A stretch of 64,000 nucleotides of DNA from Azolla caroliniana (lineage: Eukaryota > Plantae > Polypodiophyta): contig JBHGNT010000003.1 of the NCBI GenBank assembly GCA_043228905.1, positions 19,716,001 to 19,780,000 of the forward strand, read 5' to 3'. The position numbers and the translations under genes were made by a program. The notes below the pieces were generated by a model. The model was not told where the DNA came from, searched no databases, and worked only from the letters and a program-made list of their open reading frames with translations. Below, in pieces: positions 11,683-25,072 of this stretch (position 1 is the stretch's first letter; the number at the start of each line of letters is the position of its first letter).

Positions 11683-14600
11683 CCTCCCTTGCCGCCTTTC
11701 ACGTCAGGTTCACCAAAGATGTCGCGAAGTTTCGCGCGTGCGTGGAGAAAGGCGGGACCACGGGGGTCTTGGACTAGGGAGTGACGGAGCGTAGGAAATC
11801 GTGCTTCACCATTTCCAGAGCATCCCAGAAGCACACCAGAAGCAACCGAAGGGAGAGAGAGAGAGTAGGCATGCAATATTGACTCTCGCACACATATCAT
11901 AAGCAAGAAAGAAACACTAAGACACACACACGCGCACCAACAGAGACACAAGTATGCACAACCCTGTATATATTTATGATTACAAGAGTGAGATACAACT
12001 CCAACTCTGAGCCGGAGTGAGGTAGGCTAGGTCGCAATGGCAGTCTGCTGCCAAGCCGCCGTCGGGGAGCTCTCGGGCTCGTCGCGCCAAGCGGGGTCTT
12101 GCACAGGACGCCGAACTGGAGCAACCTGCAACAGGGACAGATACAACCCCGGCCGCGAGCCGGGTACCCAAAAGAGAAGTAAAGTTAACCTAATAGCTTT
12201 CCCGCCATAGGTACTGCTCGACTCCTCGAGAAGGAGCAGAAAGAAACGAAGAAGAGAAAGGATGTCGCTAACCCTAGAAAGAACCACAAAACGGTATACC
12301 CTTAGGACTCAAAAATGGGCAACCCTTCTACAAGGGAACATCCCTTCCTTTTATAGAACAAGGAGAGGGATGCGTTACAATGTGGGAAAAATCCCGATTT
12401 ACATGGGATTCTTTGTCCCGACTTAACTCCTATTATTCACACAATTACACGAGGGTGGGTGCACATGGTGCACCCCGCCGATGTAGCCAATATTTCCCGT
12501 TTTCCGCCTCTAGCCGAAATTCTTCACGACAACAGCTTCGGAAAACGTTTCCAGATCCCATGTTGTCTCTACCTTCATCATAAAGGCGTAATGATACGCC
12601 ATGTACTCATTGTAGCCATAACGGTTTACAGGGTTCTTCTCTCGGGTGGACCGACGTAGCTTTTCATTCGCTGATTCTAAAGTTTTCTTCACGCCGTCTG
12701 TCCGGATGTCAAGGCCTTCGAACTCACTATAGGGATTGAGTTGATTTGAATTCGAATTAGTCTTCGTATTCCCTCATTTACGCATTCCATTTGTCCAGCT
12801 TTGGACTCGGCCGAGATGTCCTTTGATCGCTCGGCTACTCTGACGGCCCACTCAGTCGTGTCATAATTGAGCTTTCGTTGAACATGCGCGTAACTTGATC
12901 TTCGGCTTCTGCCTCTATTTCGGCGTATATCGGAGTCGAAGTCGAAGTTGTCTATGGTGCGTACCAGTATGCGGACTCGTCGAAAATGACATCTCGACTG
13001 GTTCTAACTTTTCGGGTAGATGGATTGTAGCATTTGCACCCCTTCTGTTCGAGCGAGTACCCCATGAGGATACATTTCTCTGACTTCAAGTCGAGCTTTT
13101 GTCGCGTATCGTCGGGAATATATACGTAAGCGATTGCGCCGAAAATGCGGACATGTGATAAGTCTGGCTTCTTTCCAAAGAACTTATCATGAGGAGTTAC
13201 GTCGTGTACTCCCGATGTTGTGCACCTATTCATGAGGTATACGGCCATGTTCGCCGCTTCTGCCCACTACGATTTTGGCAAATTCTTCTCATGCATCATA
13301 GTCCGAGCGACTTCTACTATGTGCCGGTTTTTACGCTCAGCTACGCTGTTCTGTTGAGGTGTGTGATGGCATGAGAATTCTCGTCGGATTCCTTCCTTTC
13401 GGAGATACGCCGTAAACTCATCCGAAAAATATTCTTTGCCTCCATCTGATCGAAGGCAGCGTACGTGTCGACCCGTAGTTTTTTCGACTTCGGCTTTGAA
13501 TCTCTAGAAGTATCTGAACACTTCGCTCTTTTGTTTCATCGGGTAGATCCAGGTATTCCTGGAGAAGTCATCGATGAATGTAACGTAATATCGACATCCG
13601 CCGATTGTGCTTGTTTCGGCCGGTCCCCATACATCTAAATGTACGACATCCAGGATCCCTTTGTTCACATTCCATTTTTTCGGGAATGGATGTCGGCGTT
13701 GCTTCCCGAACTGGCACGCTTCGCATACGCCCATAATCTCCTGTGGGATAAAGTTCGAGAGTCTGAGTATGACTCCTCTCGATTGCATGTTCTGAAGTTT
13801 TTGGAGATTGATGTGACCAATTCTCTTGTGCCACAAGTTTAGGTCGGTTTCGACTCTGAGGCCCTTTGCAAACATGGCCAATTTTACCTCCTTCGATTCG
13901 AGGACAAACATACGGCCGTCAGGACATCCGTGAGCTATGACTCGATCGCCTCTTTCGATAAAGCACCCATCATTGTTGAATCATACTTGCATTCCTTGTT
14001 CGACAATCTGGCCAACCGAGACCAAGTTTTTCTTGATTGTAGGAACATGCAGTACGTTCTTGAGGTAGGTTTGTTTGCCATCATTTCCGAATGGGACGTT
14101 CCCGATATGCTGTATTGGATGGGTCGTGTCATCGCCTGTCTCGACATATCCGGGACGTTCGGGTTTTCGTAATTCCCGAAACCAATCTTCATGAGACGTC
14201 ATGTGGTTGGATGCTCCCGAGCCAACAAACCATACATTCCCTAAGGGGGTGGTGCTTGTTTCACCTTGAGTCACCATTGAGTGTGCTTTGTGCCTCATCA
14301 TGAACATTCTGCTTCGATCGTCGTAGTCGGAATTCGATGCGGAATTCGTGAACATTCCGCTATGATATGTCGTAGTCGGAATTCGATGCGTAATTCGTGA
14401 ACATTCGACCAGTCGAAGCGGAGTCTCGCTTCTTCTTTTGGCACTCCTCTTCGTAGTGTCCAAGTTTTCCACAGTATACGCATTCTATTGGGTTATTGTG
14501 ATTGCTTGGTCCGGCGTGATGACTCCCCCTTCTGCTGAAATCTCTAGAGTTGTTCCTGTCCGCTTGCCATTGGTGGGAGTTACACTCTTGGATCCGCCAA

Positions 14601-16319
14601 CCATGATGGCCTTGTCCGAATCGACCTCTATCTCCACGGCCGAAATTTCTTCTATCATCCGACTAGGAGTAGAGCATCTGACCCTCTAGTGTGTTGCTCC
14701 TTTGTCGGGCGTGATTTTCCTCAACCAGCAATATTGACTGGAGATTGAAAAAGGTGGAAGGATTCTCTCTTGCAAGGACGGCGAACCTTATTGCGCTAAA
14801 TCGAGGTGTGAAGCCTCTGAGGCATATTTGCACCATTTCTTCGTCGTCAATGTCAACATTGATCGACCCGAGGGCATCACACAGCTCCTTGATCTTCAAG
14901 GCGTAGCTGCCGATTGACATGTCCCTTTGTTGAATGCCATTTAACTCCTAACGAAGCTGGAGTTTGCAGGCAGCCGTATTGGCCGCGAAGATCTTCTTGA
15001 GATTGCCCCATGCTTCTTTCGGCGTTTTCGCCTCTCGAATATAGCCAAGCATCTGATCATGTACGCATGATGCAAGGCAATACAACACACGGCTTGCAGC
15101 CTGCTCCCACGCTGGGTAGTCGGCGTGTGTCGAGTTGGGTTGCATTTTGTGAGCTCCTTCAATATAGTTCCAATATCCTTGTCCGACAAGGTACTGATGC
15201 ATCTTGTACTCCCAAGATGCGAAATTTGTCCTATCGAGCTTCTCCGTAGGAAGAGCGTTTCCCATCTGAGTATTCATAGTGATTTCTTCTTTGTTAATAA
15301 GCCGGTTCTATTGATCGTCGACATGTACCACAATACAGTCGAATAGATTCGATTAAGTAACCACACGCTCTGATACCATGTAAAGAAATGGAGTTGGTGG
15401 TGTAATGCAGCGGAAGATGATTGAGAGTGTGTGTCTGTGTACAACAAAACAGAGAGAGAGAGAGAGAGCTCCTAACAAGAAAACTGTATATTACTTCCAA
15501 CAGTAACAAGGTTACAAAGGGTTGGTTTAAATACCAACTAAACTAGGGCAAGGGCCCTTTCTACTATTTACAAAACTAGCATGGTATGTCCATGAGCTAG
15601 TGGGAAACCTATTTCTATGGGAAGTTAAGTTCGACTCTCAACACCCGGCAAGTGGTTGGCGGTCACTCGCAAGTGGGTGGTATACTGACTGCAGACGTCA
15701 CACCTAGGTCTGTAGTGTGCTCAACGGTGCCACACGAGTTCAGGCGGTTAGCCCGTAACACTATGGGTCCGGTTGCAACGTTGTGGTGCAAACCTCATCC
15801 TATTGTATATAGAGGTTAGTTTAGATAGGAACTTGTAAGCAATAAGGATGATGCACTTAACCATCACCTCCTTCCCATCTTGGCACTAGAGCTTAAGACA
15901 TCACAACTTCATCCTGTGAAATGGTAGCTCTAGAAGAATTATGGCCTAATATATTGACATTACTTAAAGGTTGCTTGGGAGAATTATTGAAATTGAGAAC
16001 AGAGTGTTAGAAGAATGCAATTTACAGATCAGGAACCTTCATGATCACAATTCTCAAATCTAGATTGGAAATTATTTTACCTCTAGAGTTAAACCACATA
16101 TCAAAAACCCGGATAAGAGAACGACCTAATTCTAACCCTAAAGTTTAATGCATTCATTTTACATATGGAGCTATGTATTCACCATCCAGGAGGCTTTGGT
16201 CGACATATAAATTGGACTGTCATGTTGGGATTGCAACCAATATGATGTATTAACCACAAGTATATGGTTTCAAATGGGATATCTCTGATATAACCATTCG
16301 TGTTAAAGTCATCAATCAT

Positions 16320-16735
16320 GGATTACTGATTTATCTATTATCGATTACTGACCATTGACTCTTGACTCTTGACTCTTGAATTATCGATGATTGACTATTG
16401 ATTTTGGATTAATTACTCTTGCGTCTTGACTGTCCGATTATTGATTCCGACTTTTGTTTAAAAATATCTTGATTCTTGATTCTTGATAAGTGATAATTAA
16501 TAATTGATTATTGATCAAGGATAATTGATTATTGACTAAATTGATAATTGATGAATGATGAATGATAACTGGATCACTGAAATAAATCGATAATTGATTA
16601 TTGTCTAAATTGATAAATCATAAATGATATATGATGATTGGATCATTGAAATAAATTGATAATTGATTATTGACGAATTTGATAATGAATAAATGATTGT
16701 TGACTATTGACTATTGACTATTGATTATTGATGGA
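16320..16735. repeat. Degenerate 7-bp-based tandem repeat (TTGATTA/TTGACTA/TTGACTC)
   Basis: Visible arrays such as TTGACTATTGACTATTGACTATTGATTATTGAT and recurring ATAATTGATTATTG blocks directly downstream of the first dirigent gene. Confidence 0.8.
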
Positions 16736-16785
16736 AAAACATGGCACAAATGACAATGATGGAGATAGTAAAACAGTTATGGGGA

Positions 16786-17373
16786 TCATAGGAAGTGAGC
16801 CTCATGGGCAAAGGTGAAGAGTGTTCCATTCTTGAGCATTCCGGCGAAGGAGATGAGGGTGTAGCCGTTGGCGCCACGGAAAGTGCCAGTGCCGCCCACA
16901 ATGGCCACCTCGTTGGTACCGGACGTCCCGACGGCTCCCGTGATCACGAATGTCCCATTGTGCTTTCCGCCATCGGAATATTCTAGCACCACGGTCTCGA
17001 TACCGCGGGACACGCCCGTGAGGTAGCTCGTCTCGATGGCGTAGCCGCGGCTATACCCGAGCTGCCTCGAGGTCGGGCTCACGGCCTCGGTGACATTGAG
17101 TGCGAAGAGGGAGCCCGAGCCGAAGTCCGCGGAGAAGGAGGAGTTGAGCACGGGCAGGAACGCGTCCGTGGCGCCCAACGCGCCATTCACCTCGATGTGC
17201 ACGAAGTACTTGAGCACGAACGGCTTGTACGGAGATCGGCGCGCCTCGGCGAGCCCGGGACCGCGAGCGGCGCAAAGGAGCAATGCGAGCACGAGGCAGT
17301 TGTAAGAGACGATGACGGTACGGCGCGCATTGGCGATGCCGGAAGGAGATGCCGATGTCGTGGACGAGTCCAT
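16786..17373 (-). CDS. Dirigent-domain protein, secreted, intronless (195 aa)
   Basis: Hydrophobic signal-like N-terminus. Dirigent motifs FG, LGYSRGY and EVAIVGGTGTFRGANGY; N-glycosylation sequons. GC-rich coding sequence in AT-rich flanks, with a conserved paralog at 29747. Confidence 0.85.
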   Translation of the reverse strand: MDSSTTSASPSGIANARRTVIVSYNCLVLALLLCAARGPGLAEARRSPYKPFVLKYFVHIEVNGALGATDAFLPVLNSSFSADFGSGSLFALNVTEAVSPTSRQLGYSRGYAIETSYLTGVSRGIETVVLEYSDGGKHNGTFVITGAVGTSGTNEVAIVGGTGTFRGANGYTLISFAGMLKNGTLFTFAHEAHFL

Positions 17374-17564
17374 GTCGAATGTATGTAATGTATGTATGGA
17401 TGGATGGATGTCGATGGTCCCGATAGGGTTCGCTTATGTAATGAATAAGTGGTGATGGTGGTCCGGATCGAGGATCTACTTGGTTGTGGTACGCCCCGTC
17501 GAGTCGAGCCAACTGATTATGATGAGTATGTCACAATCTCTCAAACTTGGATCTACAAGATGGA

Positions 17565-17672
17565 TGTGTGTGTGTGTGTCTTTGAGATTGATTTGTGTGT
17601 ATGTTGTTGGGGTTCATATGTATGTATATATATATATATATATATATATACCTAAGAGAGAGAGAGAGAGAC
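17565..17672. repeat. (TG)n, (TA)n, (GA)n microsatellite cluster upstream of the first dirigent gene
   Basis: Read directly from the sequence. Confidence 0.9.
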
Positions 17673-20429
17673 GACTTTTTAATTTTGAAAGTTCCACTAA
17701 AAACAAAAGCCAAAATAGAGACGACCTTTGAAATGTTCAAAAGCTCCAACTGTGTACATACAATACAATTCATACGCTATACCTACCGGGGCCAAAAAAA
17801 TAAAAATAAAGTTCCAACCAAATTTAACTTAATTACAAATATATATCCATATATGCTATAAATAATTGCATCGTTGACATTTTGACTAGTCCATCCGAAA
17901 CAAACGCCCCCCCCCCCCCCCCCCCCTCTTGTGTCCACAATGCCAATGACGATTGTCGACACAAAAACACGCGAAAATTCGTGACGGTGGAGTGTATATA
18001 ATTGGACCATAGAAGGATATATAACCAATTGGATAAAGATTTAATGCTCGACGATTTCAATGAGAGAAAGGCAGAGAAAAACTTGAAGGATGGTTCTATA
18101 AATATTGTAATTGTTTTTTTTTTTTTAAAGGATGTTCACATTGAAAGTAGTTGAGTTTTGATTATATTATATTAGATTGGATATTTTTTAGCTTCCATGG
18201 AGAGGTTAATATTGAGCCATGGCAAATATGAATTAAAAAATGGGCCCATTAAGATAAGTGTCAACAAAAATTCGACCATTAGGAAGAGAGCGCCCCCCCC
18301 CCCCCCCCCACCCCCCCCAAGCAAGGATATATTCTCGCACGCATCTTTTTTTTCTTTAATCTATCTTACTATGTATTTATTTATTTATTTGCCCGAGTCT
18401 TTGTTTTTAATCATTTTTAACATCATGTATAACTATGTATAATGCACATAATCTATTTTTAAAAGTTAATATTTTGTTGATTATATGATTACTAAGAAAA
18501 ATAAAAAATAAAGAGCATAAAAATGTAGGTGGTGCTTTTTGTTTCTCATTAGTAGAAGGTTTTTGTCTTAGTCTAGTGCAACCGTTATTCCACAAATTAG
18601 AATCTAAAGACCACATAATACCATTGATGAATTTATAATACATAAGAGAGTTAGGTGACAGCGGATCATGAGAGCCCAAATCATTTAAGGTTGATAATTG
18701 GGTTTATATGCATCTTTCAACTGAGTTCAAGAAAGGGAGGTCTTGGAGACACATTGGAAAAGAATGATATCCAGATTCAACCAAATGAAGGCAAATGGTT
18801 ATGGTGCCTCCCACATACTCAAGTTAGACCAAACTTTCCATGCAATTGTAAGTCTCGAACTTGCTTAATGCCTAAATGTAGATAAACTACAGTTAAATGT
18901 TTTTCAAATAGTATTTTCCATGTTTTATGGATATTTTTCCATTGTCTTTCAAGCTTGGAGGAATCATTGGATGATTTAACATTATCATTCATCTCTAGGT
19001 GAAGTTCGTTTCATAGGCAAGAGAGCATGCACGCTCCTTAGGACCACAAGTCGTGGGTACCTAAAATAGATAAGGAACTTAAAAGATTAGGAAAACTTAT
19101 GTTCCTCCTTTAGAAACCCAATTTGGCTTATTCCAAATACCATGTATATATGTGTAAAGACTTACAAGAACATGACTTGATTCATTACATATTTGGAGAT
19201 GGGTGGATTCTCAATGAAGGCACACATAAAGATTGCATATATTTTCTGGAAAAAAATAAAATTGCATTTATTCCTCACTAACCCTACCTCCTATATAAAA
19301 CTCAAGTACTTAACTACACAATCTAATCTTTTTGGTTAGATGTTATTATGCGTAATGACTCCATTGCAATTGACCTAAGAAATAAAGACGCCCCTTGAAA
19401 TCCTAGTCACTCCACTAAATGGTACACTAGAGTTAATAATGGCACACAATTGATGAAGTTTGTTTGAAATTAGAGAGTGGATTGTGATTGTAGATTATGA
19501 AGATTTGGCCTCTCCAATTTTCTTTTATTAAGCATCACAAATTCACAAGGTTTGATCCTATGTAATTAAAGTTTCATGTTTATTTTTACAATGATGCGTT
19601 TTTCATTCACATTGATTTGTCATTGCTACGGGAAGTTCACATTTGTGCTCAACAATTGCTGGATAGATTCTATTGCTTACATAAAAGAAAGTGTAGAACC
19701 TCTACAAGTCTACTCGAATGGTAATTATTGTGAGAAAAGCAAAGAGTTCATAGACACGTGATGCTCAATAGACTACACTATTATTAAGTTGAAGCAAGAT
19801 TACAATTGAGGGTTTCATATAATATCAAATTTGGTGTATTCAATCTTGATTTACATACAACTCCGTGGTATACTAAAGGACGAACCTTGCAATAGATTCT
19901 ATGATTCCCTAGATTACAATAGGTTGTTAACATTTGAACTAAAATGGCTAAGACATCTAGCATATTTTTTCCCAAAAAAAGATACTACATTAGTATTAGA
20001 AAACTCCATAAGGCTAAACATACAAGATATACCACCGATCCCTTATGTTTTTCTAAATTCTAACCATCGGCTTAAATAAACACTTTGGTGTAGAGTAGAA
20101 CCACTCCACCTTATCAAAACACCGTCTATAAAATATACCTATGTCCCAAATCGCATGAAACTCCACACGCCTAAGCTCCGCTTGATGTGTAATACCTTTT
20201 ATACTATCCAAAATCCCTCTGAGATTATGCACAATCTTTATCCAAATTCCCAAAATTATTTGGGCAGGTCTTTCTGTCACATTTTGAAATACCTTCAAAC
20301 ATTGAGCCTTCCAAATATACCAAATTGTAATACTACCTACTTACCAATTGCCATATTTGAGGTTTATCAGTTTGTATTTGTAAACAATTTTGGAAATGGT
20401 TATGGGGCATAAAGATGAGTAGGAAAATT

Positions 20430-20760
20430 GTTTGTTTTCGATGGTTGTTGGTTCATAATGCTATACCAGTTAATGGGTGGCGCAAAGGAATGTAGACAAG
20501 ATGTGCCCTTTCTGTACAAATGTAATAGAGACTGCTAAACATTGTTTGTGGCGTTGTGGTTTTGCTCTGGACATATGGAAACAAATCATAAAATTATTAA
20601 GTCCAATATATCCTAGAGCAGTGTACACATGGGGTGTAGTATTATGGGCGGTGGTACATGATAAACCAAGGGTATATGAATAGGAGGAGGTTGCAGATGC
20701 TATTATGATGAGACATGGTTTGATGGAAAAAAAATTGACATCTAGCATATTAAGTGCAAC
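20430..20760 (+). mobile_element. Decayed LINE (L1-like) ORF2 C-terminal zinc-finger fragment
   Basis: CPFCTNVIETAKHCLWRCGFALDIW matches the zf-RVT pattern CxxC..ET..H....C....W. Stops on both sides. Confidence 0.6.
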
Positions 20761-21364
20761 AATATTCATTCACCACATGGGAACGGGACTCCTTTAACCA
20801 AGAGAAATGCTTTAAAGAAGCATCTCATATAATACTAGTTTACAAATGGATTATCAAATTTATTGCGTATAAAAAGCACTACAACCAAGATTGTACATTG
20901 TCCGTTACACTTTCTCTTATATATATTATGACTGTTTTCAACTACAAATGCACTTTATTTTCTGTTTAACTATTAAATTGTGCCCATTGATTTCATGCTC
21001 CTATATTAGAAGCACCCTTCTTTTGAAAAAGGTAATAAAGATAACCTCTAAAATTTGAAGCATAATACAAATATATATACACTAGTTGCTCTCTCTCTTT
21101 TTTAAATGTCTACCTACTTGGGAGACGCTTGTTACTAGTATTTCAAGTGGTGATGGACAATGGCAATGATGTCGTATACAAGTGAGAGGGCCATCAAAAT
21201 AAATATGTCTAAGTATAGACACAAAAGCTGTAAGAGCAATAGTGTAGCCCATTTGTATATTACAGTCAATGATTTTTGGATTTAAAACAAGGTGGTTGTC
21301 TTGCAACCTTGAGAATGACTAGAAAATCAAATACGACAAGAAACAAACTAATTCCCAACAGTGT

Positions 21365-21678
21365 CATCCATCTACAATGGCACTATAATGAATTGATCTC
21401 ACCTACTGGCAATCATAGACAAATGATACCACATTCAATGTAAGATGTGATAATAATATCATATTATGTTATTGGGATACAACATTGTGCTACTTTCTAG
21501 TTTATAAATCCCGCCACTTTCCTCCATCTACAATGCCGCTATAATGAATTGAGCTCACCTATTGGCAATGATAGACAAACTATACCCCATTGATACCGTA
21601 TTCCAATGAAGATGTGATAATAATATTGTTTTATGTTATTGGGATACAACATTGTGCTACTCTCTAGTTTACAAAGAC
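21365..21678. repeat. Tandem duplication of ~155 bp
   Basis: CCATCTACAATG...TTATGTTATTGGGATACAACATTGTGCTACT occurs twice (~21368 and ~21524). Confidence 0.85.
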
Positions 21679-24600
21679 AAAGTTAGAGAGAGCGTGCTAA
21701 GTTGTTAAGGTTGTTTGGTGGATCACAAGATCATACATTCAACCCCTACATTCCATGGTGGAGTCTAGTCCTCATGTTGGTAGTCTAAAAATTTACAAAT
21801 TTAATCACAAGAGAAAACAAATGTCTAGGTATGTGAGTTATTGATTAAATTATATTTATAAATGATTGAAAGAAGTAATGATCCCATGCTATTAAATAAA
21901 GCAAAACGGAAGACTCTCCTCTCCCTAAGTTTATGACCTTCTAAGTTGCAACTAGAACAATGAATCTATTCTTATTACTCTTATTATTGATTTCCTCCAA
22001 TTCGACTTCTTTATATATTTTATAAGCAATGAAGACATTAACTAGATTTGGCCCTAGAAGTTCATAAATTTTTGAAGTAGATGTAACAAATATAACTTTC
22101 AAAATGACGGATTTTCATATATTATAATAACCTCAAATTTGTAGTTTTCAGCAATGACGTCTTCATATCGTTTTATACCTCGAAATTATACTCTTCAACA
22201 ATGAATGAAAATCATAGTCTTCAATAATGACGTCGTCATATTTTTTATTACCTCCGTAGTCTACCTTTCATATCTTCAATAATGATGTAGTCAACAATGA
22301 CGACAAAATATAACTTTCAAAAATTTGAGCTACCTCCGTAGTCTACCTTTTCTGGAATTGTGAATGTTTCATAGAGTATCATTAGAGTAGCAACTAGAAA
22401 ATCAGAAAATATGTCATAGAAATCATGTACATAATAACAAAAGTGCTACTCGGGAAGAAAGTCAAAAGTATTTGTTATTGCAAGCAGAGTATGAACCATA
22501 CGTACCATACACGCATTCACATTCGAGAATGGTTTAATCATTCGAGTATGGTAAACAACCTTGAAGAATGATAAATACCATACTTTGGGATTCGTTATTT
22601 ATAGAAATTACAGTAATTACAAAAAAATTACATAAATTTTTGTACTACATACATAATACTATGACCTAAAATTTAAAACTTTTAAACCCTATTATTAACC
22701 CTAAACATACCTTGATGGGAGAGGATAGCAAATAGGTGTCTCGTTGGTATGCAGAAATTAATGACGGGAGAAGATGTGCAATGTGCAATGTGCACTAAGC
22801 AACAAATCATTGATGGTTGTATGGGAGAGGAGAGGAGCGTAGCGTTGCGTTGATGTGCAGAAACTGATAGCGGGAGAAGTTGCGCACATGTGAGCAAAAG
22901 GAAAAATATCTAAAAAAAACACATGAATGTTTTTATAACATACACATTCATTTGCTAATGTATGAAAACGAATGTTATGGCAAATAAATGTGTATTTTAC
23001 GTACTATGATTGCAAGTATCTTATTACATTTACACAAATTTAATTACCAACATACGTGAATAGGTTTTCGTACATTTAGAAAACATATATACAAATCCCA
23101 AAAGGGACTCGATAGTTGCAGCTTATGTGGAGGCTTACCAACTCAAGAAAGGGAGAGAACGCCCATTGTTAGATGAAGGCTAACTGTTGTCTTTTAGCTC
23201 CATTGGATCCGACCATGATGCCATCGTATTGGCTCTTTAGTGTGGCTACAACTTCATTCAATATCTCCTGCAATAATCTCGCATGGTGCATGGGGTGATT
23301 GGAGAAGACTCGCTTACAATGTTGTTTCTAGAGAGTCCTTAGTGTGATTGGGTTGACCAATTCTAGCACGACTTGATCTTTGGCATTAATGGGAGTTGAG
23401 TGAACATTGTCTATGGTCGAAAACGAGACCTCTTGTGCTTTTATCACCAACGTCATCCCCTCCTCCTAATGTTCGTATTTGTCAATTGGGGCCTGCCATG
23501 ATAACCCACATACATTTCCCCACTTAAATGTGCATGTTAACAAATGTTTCAACAAAGCATAGTTTCCAAAAATGTTTTTGTGTGATTGTTATATCATTGT
23601 ATTTTGAATAGGCATAGATAGAGGGTTATGTTGGATTTCATCTAAAAATACTCTTAAAATCGTGATGTTTCGCTAAAATTCGAATGCATAATACTCTTAA
23701 GATCGTTGTGTTTTACTAGATCCCAAGTTTTTAAGAGTTTCAGAAGCATGAAAGGTATACTAAATATTAGATGTTTTAGCAATTATTATTACTGTGAAGT
23801 TTGTTTGAAGCCAACATCACAAAAAAGGCCAATGTTATTATTTATATAATGCTTTGAGGGATGGAGTTGGATTGTCATAGATTTATTGATTTGTTCAATG
23901 GTTGAGCAATATTTTGCCTAAGGATATTTGTATGTCAAACTCTTATTTGAATGTAAGGAACCCACCGTCATCGGTAAATGAGAGAGTAAGGAATTTTACA
24001 AAGGTAATGTCTCTTATATGTTTGACAACATCACCTCATTATTCTATGTTTTATAAGGCCAACTTTCCATGTTTCTCTAAGTTTTGTACCCGTTCCTTGT
24101 GAACTGATAATACCAAGGTGTATCTTTCATGGGAAAAAAAAACTTTCCACGTTTCACCAAATGGAGTTTACATTCATGGCCCAACAATTTTGATTGAGCA
24201 TATTTCAATATTTCACTACGTAATATTGGAGGCATGGAACAAGATGTCATATATGAGATATTGAATGCAAGTGGTGTGTATGAAAGGTGGGCTAGAGACA
24301 CATGCGAAAGTGTAAGATAAATAAGTGAGATCACTCATGAATGATAGGATAGTTTAGGCAAGGGCTACTCGAGAAAGGGATCAGAGTTGTGTATATTTTA
24401 ACTAATGGAGTATATTCTTTTTTGGAAAAAAAAAGAAAAATATTCGAGAATAAAAAATGGCCCCAAGAATATTATAAAACCATTCGTTTTAAATTACATA
24501 ATAAAAATAATTTAATTCACTAAAAAGAGAATTAATTTACTAAAACATTAATTAATTCACTAATAATTAATTAATTAGGGCTTCCGTTGAAATTACGGTT

Positions 24601-24785
24601 TTAGCAAAACCTTGAGTTTGCAGGAGTCGTGCAGAGGATGTATGGGGAGGCATGGATGCAAGTTGAGACGAGGAAATATGGTCGAAATTAGGGTTTCAAC
24701 TGAAATTAGGGTTCTCAGCCGAAACCCTAATTTGTAGGCCAAGAATAGGATGCAAGGGGAGGTGAGGGTGTAAGCATCACACATA

Positions 24786-25072
24786 GGATGCAAGGTGAAG
24801 CTTCTTTGTTTGGTTATTCATTGTTGTTCAATCACTGCTACCATTAAAAGAAACATTTTCTTTTTTTTCATAAAAAAGAAGGAAACAAATACCTTTGCAT
24901 GTATTCGTATGTGCATGCGAATGCATTCGTGGGGCAGACCCCACGAATGCGATGCAAGGTGAAGCTTCTCGGTTGGCTGTTCGCTATTGTTCAATCGCTA
25001 CTAGCATTAAGAAAAACAGTTTTTTTTTCGAAGAAAAGAAAAGAAAACAAATACCTTTGCATGTATTCGATG
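24786..25072. repeat. Tandem duplication of a ~120-bp block
   Basis: GATGCAAGGTGAAGCTTCT...AAACAAATACCTTTGCATGTATTCG occurs at ~24788 and ~24951. Confidence 0.8.

Larger units (their letters stand above)
1827..12531 (-). mobile_element. Non-autonomous (gag-only) Gypsy-type LTR element (element B); LTRs 1827-2637 and 11720-12531
   Basis: Two ~811-bp direct repeats ending TGTCGTGAAG...CGCGACA on the minus strand, with about 25 differences by eye. tRNA-Trp PBS at 11698-11715, PPT GGTTAGGTGGGGGCAGA next to 2637. Gag-like ORF from 11682; no PR/RT/IN motif seen. Decayed 4-bp TSD. Confidence 0.85.
571..15643 (-). mobile_element. Old degenerate Ty1/Copia element (element A) with its 5' LTR at 15379-15643; split by insertions at 570 and 1827-12531
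   Basis: PBS-Met at 15367-15378. Gag fragments 14663-15277 (TEKLDRTNFASW), protease (WFVGSGASNHMT, catalytic D lost), GAG-pre-integrase/integrase 12952-13911, RT 1289-1826, RT/RNase H 571-1257 (GYTDANWAG, SWSSKKQ). Many stops and frameshifts. Confidence 0.9.

Noticed and set aside
14300-14410. ~49-bp tandem duplication in Copia A gag linker
   Set aside because: Ordinary local slippage in a variable linker of a dead element.
17907-18318. Poly-C tracts giving poly-Gly/poly-Pro ORFs
   Set aside because: Simple homopolymer runs in AT-rich intergenic DNA.
19831-20412. Short ORFs that might be an old retroelement remnant
   Set aside because: No diagnostic motif could be recognised; a profile search is needed.
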